A DNA stretch of 64,000 nt. Source: Diplonema japonicum (lineage: Eukaryota; Protista; Euglenozoa: Diplonemea). The notes under the pieces are model-generated. The model was not told where the DNA came from. It worked only from the letters and a program-made list of their open reading frames with translations, and did no database searches. Shown in pieces: positions 25,191 to 36,591 of the stretch. Within the stretch, counting starts at the first letter, position 1. Every line of letters begins with the position of its first letter. The stretch is from NCBI GenBank assembly GCA_964019335.1, contig OZ025719.1:372001-436000 (forward strand). The letters are read 5' to 3'. Position numbers and translations under genes: made by a program.

Positions 25191-25378
25191 AATGAGATAA
25201 GGGAACGGGGGGGGGGGGGATATTTACAAAAAAAAACAAAACAAAACAAAAAAAGAAGAGTTCAAAGCACTCCCCTCTATTTGGGGTGCCGGAGTAGGCA
25301 CGAAGGATAAAGGCCTACCCTGTTGAAATGTGGACAAGAGGCTTGAAGGTTGAATGTTTCTAATTATCTTTTTTTTTT

Positions 25379-25494
25379 GTTTTAACAATATTATTGTCGA
25401 GACTAAAAACTAGTTGATGGCAGCGTAATGAGCTATTTTATTAGGTAAAATTCCGCTCGTGCGCACAAACAAATGGAGCGCCAAACTAGTTTTT
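25379..25494. repeat. Dispersed repeat family A, copy 1 (~115 bp)
   Basis: Near-identical to 39877-39990; contains the inverted pair AAAAACTAGTT...AACTAGTTTTT. Confidence 0.9.
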
Positions 25495-26486
25495 GAGACA
25501 ACTGTTCGCGCGCAAGCGAAAAGACTTTTTTTTAAAAGTTCCTACCATCTAGGTGAAGGAAAATTTTGCTTCCTGTGATGGTTTTCCATTTTTCTTTACT
25601 CTCGTAGAATCTTTCTTCGTTATTCGTTAGGTGTTTGCTTTTTTTTTTTTTTTTTTTTTTTTTCAACGTGAGAAGGTTTTCACCTTTATCAAATTTTTTA
25701 AAAGGAAGAATGGGTAAGAAGATCGCCCAGTTTTTTGCATTGCCGTGCGAGGCACCGAAAGAACAAAAAAGAAAAAGAAAGAAAATGAGGTTCCTTCCCC
25801 CCATCAAAAGAAAGATTGTTTCTTGAGGTGATAAGGGGGGTTATCTTTCTTCTTTCTATTTCTTCTTCCACACCCCCCTCACCCCTTCTCTCCACCGGCT
25901 TCTTTTCTTTATACAAATAAAGAAGAAGAAAGAAATGTAAAACAGAAATAATAATAATAATAATAAAACAAAAGGTGAATTGATGCAAAAGGGCAAAGAT
26001 ATAGTTCTTTTTTTTTTTCTCTCTCTCTTTTTATTCTTAAATTATGGACATATTATAATTTTGTTTCAAAAAGAAAATACTTTTTATCTTCTTTCTTGAT
26101 TACCCGGCTCCCTTTCTGTGCCTGCCCTTTGCGTGAAAGATTGACATGTTGAGAGTGGTATTGTGTGTTCCCCCCCCCCCCCCCCCCCTTTCTCTCTCTC
26201 TCTCTTTTCTCTTCGTTCTTTCTCCAACGAGGAGGGAAGGGAGAAAAAGAAAATATGTAAAACGAAATCCGCATTTTTTTTCTTTTTTTTTTTTTTTGCC
26301 AATCTCAAACTTCCGGGTGTTTTTGGCTCCCCTTCTAAATTGACTGGGGAAACTAAATAGAGACTCGCTCTTATTCTTTCTCTTTTTTAGTGTGTTGTTT
26401 TTGCATAGTTTGCTATGCTGGTGTACTGTGCGCGCGATATGTATATTGTTTAAACATTTTTTTTCTTCTTTTTGTGATTTTGTGCT

Positions 26487-26525
<39 letters not shown>

Positions 26526-26644
26526 CACTTTTTCTTTTTCTCTTTTGCTTTACTCTTTTCTCCCTGGTTTTTCTCTCTATTTTTTTGGGGGGTGTCGTAT
26601 CTGCTCCCCCAATAGTAATGAGTTTTCTTTCTGTCGTTTCCATT

Positions 26645-26700
<56 letters not shown>

Positions 26701-26897
26701 CTCTAGCCAAGCATCCCCCCTTTATTTTCTCCCCCCCCGTCAAACAAAAGAAATAATTTTTTCTTGTTTACGTAAGTTTCTTTTAAAAAGGAAAATGTAT
26801 TTTTTTTTTCTTCTTTGCTTTCCCCCCTCCTACAAAACACAGCACAATATATAAAAAAAAAAAAAAAAAAAAGAAGGGAAAAAAAAAAAAAGACACG

Positions 26898-27592
26898 ATG
26901 CTAAGCGAGACGAAAGTAACTCAGGAAGAGGCGACCAAGGTATACAGGGAAAATAATAAAAACGAGTTTAAAAAAAAAAAAAAAAGAAGCCCCACAAAAA
27001 AAAAAAAAAAAAAAAAAAAAAGGGCTTAGATTTAGACACTGTGAACGAGCATCTTTTGGAAAAGGAGGACGGCGAGCTTAGCTTCAATGAACTAGAGAAA
27101 TACAAGAAGGGCACCACGTTCAGCAGGGCACAGGTACAGAAGTTGCACAGGAGGTACGCGGGGATCAAGGGGGAGAAGCAACATGCGGACAAAGAGGATA
27201 TTATAAGGGTGATGCCGCATACGCTGAAGAACAGCTTCATCCTGGACAGAATGGTGGACGTGGCCTGCAGGGGGACGGGGAAGATAGATTTTGCAGCCTT
27301 TCTAACCATCTTTTCACCATTCGAGCTATCCTGTCCACAGGACACACAACGGGAATACCTTTTCTCGCTATACGACATAGATGGTGACGGGAAGGTCTCA
27401 CCTGGCGACCTGCACCACGTCTTCAGCCGCCTCTTTGATGGTGCCCCCGACAGCCAGATACACCAGATCGTCAACAACACCTTCCAATCTCTCGACGTGG
27501 ATCTGGACGGCTACCTCCTTGTCACCGACTTCAAGGCTGCCAACGAGAACGTGCTCTCCATCATGCACTGCCCATTCTCGTCGCAGGGGTGA
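26898..27592 (+). CDS. Calcineurin B-like / CIB-type EF-hand calcium-binding protein
   Basis: Exons 26898-26939 and 27023-27592 (intron GTATAC...AAG, phase 0). TTFSRAQVQKLHRRY, GKIDFAAFL, FSLYDIDGDGKVS, LDVDLDGYL. Confidence 0.85.
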
Positions 27593-27604
27593 GAATAATA
27601 AGGT

Positions 27605-27636
<32 letters not shown>

Positions 27637-27712
27637 TTTTTGTTTGTTCTTCTAGATAGTATTCTTGATTGTGTCCTTGTGCACTATCTATTGTCTCTCC
27701 CTTAGGGAAAAA

Positions 27713-28864
27713 ATGCGCACCGTCGGGTCCCCCGACCTCACCGTGCGCGGGATGTCCCCTGACCGCAACCCCTCCCTAACCGACGGTACTGCGGTGCGGA
27801 CGACGCGTGCACGGTTGCTCGCAATGTACACGCAGACAATAAAAGAAAGCCCATGGCTGACCAGCCCGTCGCCGGAGAGGCTGCGCAACACATCTGTACG
27901 GCTGGGGAACGACGCGGAGGGGCAGGGACGGTGGCGGGACTGGAACTCGATGCGGAAGGACGGCGTCACGATCTCAACAACCGAATACCGGGAGCTCCTA
28001 GAAGCGCACAGGGACCTCGTGTTCCTCAGGAAGGGGAAGGGCAGGAGCGTCCACAGGGTGAGGGGGAGGAGCGTACACACCGACGGGGCATCGGTGCATG
28101 CCGACACAGAGCCCTTATCCCCCGCAGCACACCATAGCAGCATCATACTGCAGACTGAGAGCAACGCCCTGACCACCACCGTGCCTGTCAACGAATGGTT
28201 TTCGGGCAGCGTGCGGGTGGAAGAGGACGTCCTTCTCATCACCACTGCGACGGACCCCCACAAACGACTGTCCTTCTTTCTGAACGCGACGAAACTGTCG
28301 CCGCTCACGACGAACGACGGCATCGGCATCAAGGGCGGCGGCAAGGTGTGCTACCTGAGGTTTGAAGCGTGCGACGTGGCGGCGGCGTTCCTAGAGGACA
28401 TCGAAGCGTACATCCACCACAGCATACAACGGGCAAGGGGACAGCGCGAGGTGTATGAAGAGTCTGTACGGTCACACAGATCGCCGAGTTACGAAAGGTA
28501 CCAACACATGGCGCCCCTTGACAGGCATGAGAGGAGTGTCATGGAGCCACGGCAGTCTGTGACCCCTATCTTGCCTTGCCATCCTCACAATAGCTTTGAC
28601 AGATATGAAAAGTACCACCCGGTGGACGAGGAGAAGGTAATCGCCTCGCTTCGTTCTGCAAGCCCCGACAAGAAAGTCAGGATACAAGAGCACACCAGCC
28701 GCAGAAGACGACGCAGGCGGTCACGGTCCACATCTGAACCCCGCACACGCAGAGGGAGTTCCAAAGCAGCCTCGTCTTCTTCCCACCACCGCAGGCGGCG
28801 GAGGCATAGCACCACACCCTCAGCACAGCCTTACCAGCCTGAATATCTAGCCCGATCTCCCTGA
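27713..28864 (+). CDS. Hypothetical protein, possible PH-like central domain, RS-rich tail
   Basis: Intact ORF after a CTTAG acceptor-like site. A central beta-rich block ending in a helix (YLRFE...AFLEDIEAYI) is followed by an Arg/Ser-rich C-terminus. Confidence 0.65.
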   Translation: MRTVGSPDLTVRGMSPDRNPSLTDGTAVRTTRARLLAMYTQTIKESPWLTSPSPERLRNTSVRLGNDAEGQGRWRDWNSMRKDGVTISTTEYRELLEAHRDLVFLRKGKGRSVHRVRGRSVHTDGASVHADTEPLSPAAHHSSIILQTESNALTTTVPVNEWFSGSVRVEEDVLLITTATDPHKRLSFFLNATKLSPLTTNDGIGIKGGGKVCYLRFEACDVAAAFLEDIEAYIHHSIQRARGQREVYEESVRSHRSPSYERYQHMAPLDRHERSVMEPRQSVTPILPCHPHNSFDRYEKYHPVDEEKVIASLRSASPDKKVRIQEHTSRRRRRRRSRSTSEPRTRRGSSKAASSSSHHRRRRRHSTTPSAQPYQPEYLARSP

Positions 28865-29125
28865 CCTCATACATGACGGGACCTTCACGTGTTAAACACC
28901 TCACTTCCTTCTTTTTTTTACATTGCACGCTTAACGCCACCTAGTGTTGCAATCAAAGCCCCATTTTTTTTTTCTTTTTTAGATAGATGTTTTGTACTCC
29001 CCATCCCCTGTGTCTTCTTTTTTTTTATGCTACGTTTGTTGTTATTTCTATTTACTGATTTATTTCCCCCCCACGGTGCCGAATGTGAATTGGTAAAAGA
29101 AGGGGAGGAAAGAAAAGCGAAGAAG

Positions 29126-30995
29126 ATGGCGGGGGCTGAAAAGATACGAATGGTGAAGACCGCAGAGAAGCGGCACAAAGTGGTTGTGAGGCATCTACCT
29201 TGGAATCTTACGGCTGAAGGGTTCGAGCAGATTGTGAAAGAGAACATAAGTGGCGAGGTGTGTCATAAGGAAAAAAAAAAAGGGAAACAACAAAGATACT
29301 GGGGGACGTGACGTGGCGACATTACGAAAAGGGGAAACTGACAAGAATGAAGCTGGTGCCGTCGTTTGCGGTGCTGATGTTTTCAAACGAGGATAGTATT
29401 CAAAAGGTATCGTGCACCCCTCCTCAGGATTTTAATACCACCCTCAGCTTCATGAGCAATTCGATGGTCGTTCCTTCACAGACAGCAAGGGGTACACGTC
29501 GAAGGCGACGGTGGAGTTCGCACCGATAGCACAGGTATTTCTTGTTTCATTTTCTTGTTGTTGCGGAACAACGTTGATTTCCCCTTCTTGTTCCCTTCCT
29601 GTGGCTCCTCCACGTTGTGATGACCTATTAGCTCCTTGTACTGGCTGTGTCTAGCCACTCGCCACCTCGTCCTCCATCGTGTAAGTCCTGTACTGTAAAG
29701 TCTTTGACACAAGTGTCCTTCTCCGTTGAGTGGTGGGCGGTACAGGTTAACGATGTGGATCTCGGGACCTGTCTTCTGTCTGATCAGCACGGATACTTCC
29801 TCGGTGACCCTGCCGATGCTTGAATCTCGATCTTTTCCTTTTTTACGAGGCACTTTCGTCGTGTTGCTTGTTTACAGCCGTTTATCTGAATGGCGGACAA
29901 ACCCAGTTTCCGAGTTCCAGCTCCGTGAAGCGCTTTCCTGCTTTCTTCAATATTGTTTGTGCACTGCCAGGGGTTATCCTGTAGAAGCCCAACAATGCTA
30001 TCACTACTCTTTTTAGCTCTGACAATTCATTGAGTCTATTGTTTTTCTTGCAAAAGGAAAAAAAGAAGGGAAAAAAAACAGGTTCCCGGTGATGCCCAAC
30101 CAGACCCCAAGAGTTTATCGTCGATCGAGGACGACGAGGAGTACAAGGAGTTCATTAGAAGCTTGGATGCACAAAAGACAGCAGCGACAAGCAAGACAGA
30201 GGAGAAGGAGAAGGCAGAGCAGAGCTTGAACGAGTGGATTGCACAGAACAAAGACGAAAAGGGAAGGGTATGCTGAGGGGTTACAGACAACATGACAAAA
30301 AAAAAAAAAAAAAAAAAAAACACGCAGACGAAAATCGTGGAAACGGTTCTAACAGAATCAGTGAAGGAACACCTATGGGGCCGTGGGGGTACAGGGCTGC
30401 GATTGAAGAAACGGCGAGGAGGAGGGAGAAGGGACCGTGAGAAGGAAAGAGATTGGGACAGGGACAGAGACAGGGACAGAGACAGGAGGCGCAAGGGAAG
30501 GGACAGGAACAAGGAAGCAAGGCACGAGGAAAGTGATGGTGAAGCACCGAAGATGCCCAAAAAGATCTCCTTGATGCGGGCAGAGGACGAAAGCGAACCT
30601 GCAAAGGAAGACAGGCAGGACAGCAAACGGCCTGAACGGAAGCAAGACGCTGCACCTGCCCCTGGTGTGATCCTCGGCAAGGACGATCATGAACGGAAAG
30701 GCGGGAAAGGCAGCGGAAGAGGAACCGGCAGCTCCCGAGGAGGAGGAGGGGGTGGCAATGGTCGTGGCGGTAGCAACGGCCAGGCTGACCGTGATCCCCA
30801 ACAACATGAACCCGAAAAAGAACGCAAGGGAGGCGGGAAGGGGTCAAGAAGCTCCGGGGGCAAGGGCGGACGAGGTGGTGGAGGTACGTGGGGGGGGGGG
30901 GGGGGGGGGGGCAATCCAATAAAATAAAAAATAACCTAGGCAAGTCCTCTGGCCGAGGTGGCGAAGGAAACTCCGGGAAGAGAGGGCGTCGGTAA
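29126..30995 (+). CDS. UPF3: Nonsense-mediated decay factor UPF3 (Smg-4/UPF3 family), 6 exons
   Basis: Exons 29126-29257, 29296-29406, 29448-29534, 30082-30267, 30328-30883, 30940-30995. Spliced product has KVVVRHLPWNLT...FDGRSFTDSKG..SKATVEFAP..VP...DP...SIEDDEEYKEF (UPF3 RRM-like signature) and an RD/RG-rich tail. Confidence 0.85.
29560..30058 (-). mobile_element. Degraded apurinic-endonuclease-like fragment of a non-LTR retrotransposon in UPF3 intron 3
   Basis: Minus strand reads LLQE..., GAGTRKLGLSAI..., IHIVNLYRPP in the order expected for an APE/EEP domain, with stops and a frameshift. Confidence 0.65.
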
Positions 30996-31147
30996 ATGGG
31001 TTTTGTTTGTTTCTTTTTTCTTCTTCTTTTGAAGTGTAATTTCTATTTCAGAATAGCGCTCGATAACACCGTTATCCGACTAACCTTTTATTCTTTTTCT
31101 TTTCTTTCTTACTTTATTCACTTGGTTCCCACCACCCAAAGGACACA

Positions 31148-31615
31148 ATGTTGGAGCCTATCAGGAAATGGGAGCATCTCTACTGCGCAGTGGAAGGGTG
31201 TGGGTACCCCATGACTCCATACCCCCCTGAAGGGAAGGAGGTGGCGTGCATGGCATGCGGTGCTGAGTACAAACTGGAAAAAGAGTTGCATGACAAAGAT
31301 ATGGTAGAGGAGGTCCTCAAGGCAGAGGGAGCGGAGGGGCTGCCGTTTTCTATAAATGACCCGAACGTGAGAATGGGAGTAGACTGGCTGCAGCGGATTG
31401 CAGAAGGAGGTATGCACTATTTGTTCCACCCACTCCTCACAGCTAAGGCAACGGAATCGAAGACTATCATGGACACCATCATGGAGTACTGTGGCAATTG
31501 CAAGGCCCGGACAAAGTGCACCTACTACAGCAAGCAGACACGAGGTGCGGACGAGGGGCAGACTCAATTCTATACTTGTACAAAATGCGAGGATACTTGG
31601 ATGGCGCATTCGTAG
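31148..31615 (+). CDS. RPA12: RNA polymerase zinc-ribbon subunit, RPA12-like (TFIIS-type C-terminus)
   Basis: N-terminal C-x4-C...CMAC ribbon; C-terminal CGNC...QTRGADEGQTQFYTCTKC. The ADEG-Q-T form fits RPA12 better than RPC11 or TFIIS (ADEP). Confidence 0.78.
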   Translation: MLEPIRKWEHLYCAVEGCGYPMTPYPPEGKEVACMACGAEYKLEKELHDKDMVEEVLKAEGAEGLPFSINDPNVRMGVDWLQRIAEGGMHYLFHPLLTAKATESKTIMDTIMEYCGNCKARTKCTYYSKQTRGADEGQTQFYTCTKCEDTWMAHS

Positions 31616-31720
31616 TCTCAGAATGGCGAACAGAGTGGCAGAGGGTGATCATCATTTCGGTTTTGTTGTTATAAAAAAAAGTTTGCATTTTCTCCATCAC
31701 TATCCTTATTCTAGGTGCAC

Positions 31721-34700
31721 ATGATACGTGGCCAGTTCGTGTGTATTGTGCTCTTGGTGCTGACTGACGCGTCTGCTCGGGGACCCTCAACATGCCCACC
31801 AATAAGGACGAAACGCTAAGCTGTGGGAGTTGCAGCAGCTGCACTGTGAACTGTGCTGACGGCTACGCTTGCACCATCGACTGCAGTGGGAGCTGCAACG
31901 GGCTCACAGTGAACTGCGCCGCGTCCGGCACCTGCAAGGTGGACTGCTCAGGCGACTGCGGCGACATCAAGGTGAAAAAGTCGGGCAGCTCCCCAGGTGC
32001 TGCTACCAAGCTGACCTGCTCCAGTCAGGACGCCTGCCTCAAGGGCTTACTTCAGTGCCCCGCCACTGGCAAGTGTGAGCTTGTCTGCACGCGAAGACTT
32101 CCTGCAAAGAAGTCACCCTCACCGGTCAGGCAGGACCCGTCGTCATCACATGTGATGGTGAGCAGACTTGCGAACAGTCGACACTCAACTGCGGCACCAG
32201 CGGTGCTGTCGACTGCCGCCTTGAGTGTGCCACTACAGAAGGCTGCAAACAAACTAAATTTCAATGTCCTGGTTCTCTGACTACGGGACACTGTGGTGTT
32301 AGCTGCACCACCAGCAGTGCTTGCACTGATTTAAACCCCACAGACCCCACAGGCGAAGTCGACTGGGCCTTCTGATCCGGATAATGCCTGCACGAGCTCC
32401 TTGCGAACAATAGAAACGGCCTCATCTTCCACGTATGTGGTGTTGTAGATAAGAACTTTCATAGGCTCGCACCGCCAGCAGTATCCCAAACAGCAGCACC
32501 ATCTACGGCCGTGCCCACAGCTGTGCCGACAATTGCCCTACCTACAGCTGTTCCAACTGCGGTGCCCACAGTTGCCCCACCTACAGCCGTACCAACAGCT
32601 GTTCCTACAGCTGTGCCCACAGTCGCCCCACCTACAGCCGTGCCCACAGCTGTACCGACAATTGCCCCACCTACAGCAGTTCCAACTGCGGTACCTACCA
32701 TCACACCGACAGCAGCTCCTACAGCTATTCCAATCGCTCCCACTGTATCCACAGCAACTCCTACGTCTCTGCCAACTGCTGTTCCCACCGCAACCCCAAC
32801 CACTGTTCCTACAAGCACTGCAGTGCCGGCAGCTGCACCCACAGTTATCCCCACAGCGGCTCCACCCACAGCGGTCCCAACAAGCCTACCTGCAGGACAA
32901 ACATTGATACCAACTGTTGTCCCCACGTCAGCACCCACTCTCCTTATAACAGTTACACCGACAACCGCACCCACGTCCCTGCCTGCTGGGCAAGCGGCCA
33001 TACCTACAACAGTTCCGACAGCCATACCTACTGCACCGGTCACTGCTGCTGCTGTACCAACAGTGACGCCAAATGCACCAAATACAGCTGTGCCAGGGAA
33101 AGGTGCTGTCCGCTTTATGCTTGAGAGTGCTGAGAACACCATTGAAGCGCTAGATGTACAGAACGAGGGAGCTAAAGTGAACATAATTCTGACTGGTCTC
33201 GGTATACATGTGATGTGGCCTGGCGGGGGGAGGGAAATAAACCCACCCGGTGCGAAGAAGCGCGCCGAAGGGTGTGTCGTGGTACAGACGTCAATGTCTG
33301 CTGAAGACTCTCCACACGGCTTGGCCGCAACGTTGACACACCGAACTGACAGCGACGGACACTGCCACCACAAGTGCCTTGGGTGGTAGTGACACGATCT
33401 CGCTGCTGATCAAACATGCTGAGTACCGTGCGTACGCGCCTCATGCGGAACAATTGCGTGTGACTGTCTCGTCAGATGTTATCACAACATCGCTGAGGGA
33501 CGAGGTTTGTGGCAGCAGCGGGGACCTGGTGTGCTCGTGCCCTGGGGGGTGTACCACGACACTGCAGGTCAACACACAGCCAAAAGAAGTGGCTAATGCC
33601 AAGGCACAGCAGGACACTCGTACATATGGTGCCGTCGCAGTTCTTGCTGCGGGCGCTGCCGTACCGGTCTCGCCTGCTGCAGGTGGCGCACTTTCTAGGA
33701 TGGCCCTTCTCACCAGAACCATCAATTGCCCGGACGATGGAACCAACGAGATAAACCGCACGCCGAACCCCCTGGGCCTCGTCATCGGGGGCGGCCGCAA
33801 CGAGCAGGTCAATGGCGCGCTCATAGGGAACGTGATCCTGCACTGCGTGTCGATCGTGTTCTTCGGTTCTGTTGCCTTGCTGCAGTATTTTTGCGATGGG
33901 CAAAGGCCCAAAGGCACGGAGGTTCCATGGACCTTGTACTTTGCCAATGCACGAACAGGCTGGCTCATCATACCTTTGGTGTTTATGTATGGCGGTGCTG
34001 CGATGAGCAGCTTCTCGGCGATCCTGTACTCCTCGAACGGGTACAAGGCAGTGGGCCTCTTCGAATTCGTCCTGTTCCCGATAGGCTTCCCCTTGTATGC
34101 GTACGTCATGGCGAGCCGATGTACATTTTTCACAAAGGTGGACCCGATAGCAAGAAGAGGGTTTCTGCGGTGGGTGATGTGGGGCGATAACGAGTGGACG
34201 AGCGACGGGAAGGGTCTGAAGAATGGATGGAACTCAACAGTCTGCTGTTCGACGGCTTCAAGGTAAGGGCGAAGTACTTCTTGACGGTGGAACTCGTCGT
34301 GACGCTCCTACTAGGAATGGCCGAGGCATGGAGCCCAGCAACATCTTCGCAGTGCAAAGTGAAATCGGCCTTGGTGATTGCGCTGTTTGGCGGGCTGTTC
34401 CTTTCAATGCTACGCCTGCGGCCATACTTGGCACCTTATGAAACGGCGGTCGAAGGGATCATTGTGGGCGGGGAGCTTGCCATGTCTATCTGTATTTTTG
34501 TAGCCCTGTCTTCAACAAAGCCGACGGAGCATCCCTCCGCGCAGTGGGCTGGGAACATTGCCATGTGCACGCAGATGGTCATCTTCTTGAAGTTTGTTCT
34601 TGATGTGATGGTTTTTCTGTACGACGAACACGAAGCTTGGCTGGAGGGGGGTAAGCGCACCTCCTTCCCCACCCACCTTCTTTGTTGTGGCAAAGGTGCG

Positions 34701-34877
34701 GCACAACACGAACAGGAGCCCACCTGGGCTGAATTTTCCATCACGCTCGAGCGCCACAGCCTGGACAATGCCACCACTCATCCTTCCCCTTGTGCGTTGG
34801 ATTTGAGTCAAACTCTTCTTAAGAGGCTCCCTCACGGACGCCGTCGGTGCGTCTCACGAAACCCGTATCCGCCGTGA
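31721..34877 (+). pseudogene. Frameshifted surface-protein gene: signal peptide, Cys-rich repeats, PT stalk, multi-TM C-terminus
   Basis: Signal peptide MIRGQFVCIVLLVLTDASA at 31721. The coding pattern continues across frame changes near 31785, 32090, 32360, 33100-33380 and 34200. 32-nt intron at 32433-32464. Neighbouring genes are intact. Confidence 0.65.
32502..33080 (+). repeat. PTAVPT/PTAAPT mucin-like coding repeats
   Basis: Degenerate 12-nt units encoding PTAV/PTIA/PTSL. Confidence 0.9.
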
Positions 34878-35208
34878 TAGAGATTTAAAAACACGACACG
34901 ATGCGCCTGAAGCTGCTAGGATGTCTTGCGGCTGAGGGTTAGCTACATATTCAGTCTTCCTCCCTTCCCTTTAGTAGTGCTCCCCCTTTTTTTAATCCCC
35001 TTTATCGTGTTGTTGGTTTTTGTTTGTTGCTGTTGTCCCTGCTATCTATCTATTTTCCTCCCTGTCTTCTTGGCATCAAGCAGAATACTACTGTTTCCTC
35101 TTTCTGTCAAAAGAGAAACACCCCTCTCCTCAATATATTTTGAACGTATTTATCTGTTTTTTATACATCGCCGCATGCCCATCACACCAGGTCAGATGGC
35201 GTGACAAG

Positions 35209-36591
35209 ATGAGCGACACAACGTCGAACCCCTTGCAAGGCGTGGGCGACGCGCTGGATAGGAATGTATCATACTCAGCAGCAGAGGCGGCGCCTGTGAA
35301 GGGGTATGATGACGTGAGCATCAGTGTGTCGATGACTCAAGTGGAAGAGGAGAACGTGGAGGACGTGTGCGTGGTGCAGACGGGACAACGGCACCCCATC
35401 CTGCGGGCGATACTGTTCGTGGTCGCGCCTATGCTCCTCAGCATGGCGTGGATGGTGGTCCCCGCCTCAGAGAGCGGGAAGCTGGACGACCCCGACACCA
35501 GCCTCGCGTTAATGGTAACCTTGAAGATCCCACTGCTAGCGTTGGCCTGGAGCTTGAACATGGTACTTCTTATCAACGACATCAACGAGCGAGGGAACTA
35601 CAGCAGCAACATGCTGGTACCTGCGATGTGCCCTCTCATCACAGGGCTCTTGGTGCGAATATTGTATAGTGATATCGATAAGTCGTGGCAGTTCCTTGCG
35701 TCAGTTGGTGCAGCTTATGTAATATCCCAAGCATTGTACTTAGGAGTCCGTGCTGTCATGGGGAGTGAGGGCCTGATGATCGAAGTAAGGTGCGTGGTGA
35801 TGACGATCCTGATGGGCTGCCAGCTGACCATGTCGTCTATGTTCGGGTGGCTGTTCGGGTTGGTGGACAACGTACCGCAGATGATGATGTGTCTCGGATA
35901 TCCGTTCTTGGTACTGTTTTTCAAGGTTTTGATGAGTAAAGTCTTGCCCGCAAGCATCTCTCCTGAAAAGCACATTGTGATGGGTGGCGCGAGTCAGTTG
36001 TACGCCGCCTTTCCCTATCGTATCATTTTCATGTTCACGAAAGGCGGGGATCTGACCGTTATCATGATATATTGCATAGAGGTTGTGTTTAAATGTGTTG
36101 CATATTTAATTCCTATGATGAAGGCGATTAGAGGCGGTCGGGGGCTGAGCTGGCTTCCAGCTAGTATTCCTACAGGAAATCAAAGGGCGTCTTTCCGCGA
36201 TTTATCTGTGAAGTTTGGCGTGCATCAGTTTCTCGATTTCAGTCAGGCTGCTGTTCTTGTTTTCTACCTCAGCGTTACTTCTTCTGTTGATGTGTCCACC
36301 CAGCCTGCTCTGGTTAAGATTACTGCGTATATGCGGAATCGTCTTTTGATTGTTTACGGGGCAGGTGCAGCTCTTGAGATCTTGATCTGGTTTGTCTTCC
36401 CCCTCATTGCGAACAGGCTAGGAGCCACGCACTTCCAACCTTGGGAAAGTTTTGCAACCACTTTAACCAAGCCTGCTTTCTATGTCCTTGTATCTGGGTG
36501 TGTTTCTGTACAGGTTTGTGAGGGTGGGCGGAAAAAAAACTTTTTTTTAAAGGTACTGATGCTTGCTTTTATTGGCGACTTCAATGGTTGA
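35209..36591 (+). CDS. Multi-pass membrane protein of unknown function
   Basis: About 10-12 hydrophobic segments; ATG at 35209 after a CACCAG acceptor-like site; probable in-frame 39-nt intron 36514-36552. Confidence 0.75.
   Translation: MSDTTSNPLQGVGDALDRNVSYSAAEAAPVKGYDDVSISVSMTQVEEENVEDVCVVQTGQRHPILRAILFVVAPMLLSMAWMVVPASESGKLDDPDTSLALMVTLKIPLLALAWSLNMVLLINDINERGNYSSNMLVPAMCPLITGLLVRILYSDIDKSWQFLASVGAAYVISQALYLGVRAVMGSEGLMIEVRCVVMTILMGCQLTMSSMFGWLFGLVDNVPQMMMCLGYPFLVLFFKVLMSKVLPASISPEKHIVMGGASQLYAAFPYRIIFMFTKGGDLTVIMIYCIEVVFKCVAYLIPMMKAIRGGRGLSWLPASIPTGNQRASFRDLSVKFGVHQFLDFSQAAVLVFYLSVTSSVDVSTQPALVKITAYMRNRLLIVYGAGAALEILIWFVFPLIANRLGATHFQPWESFATTLTKPAFYVLVSGCVSVQVCEGGRKKNFFLKVLMLAFIGDFNG

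Noticed and set aside
31721-34877. RNA editing or programmed frameshifting as the cause of the broken surface-protein gene
   Set aside because: The shifts go in both directions with no shared slippery motif; decay or consensus error is simpler.
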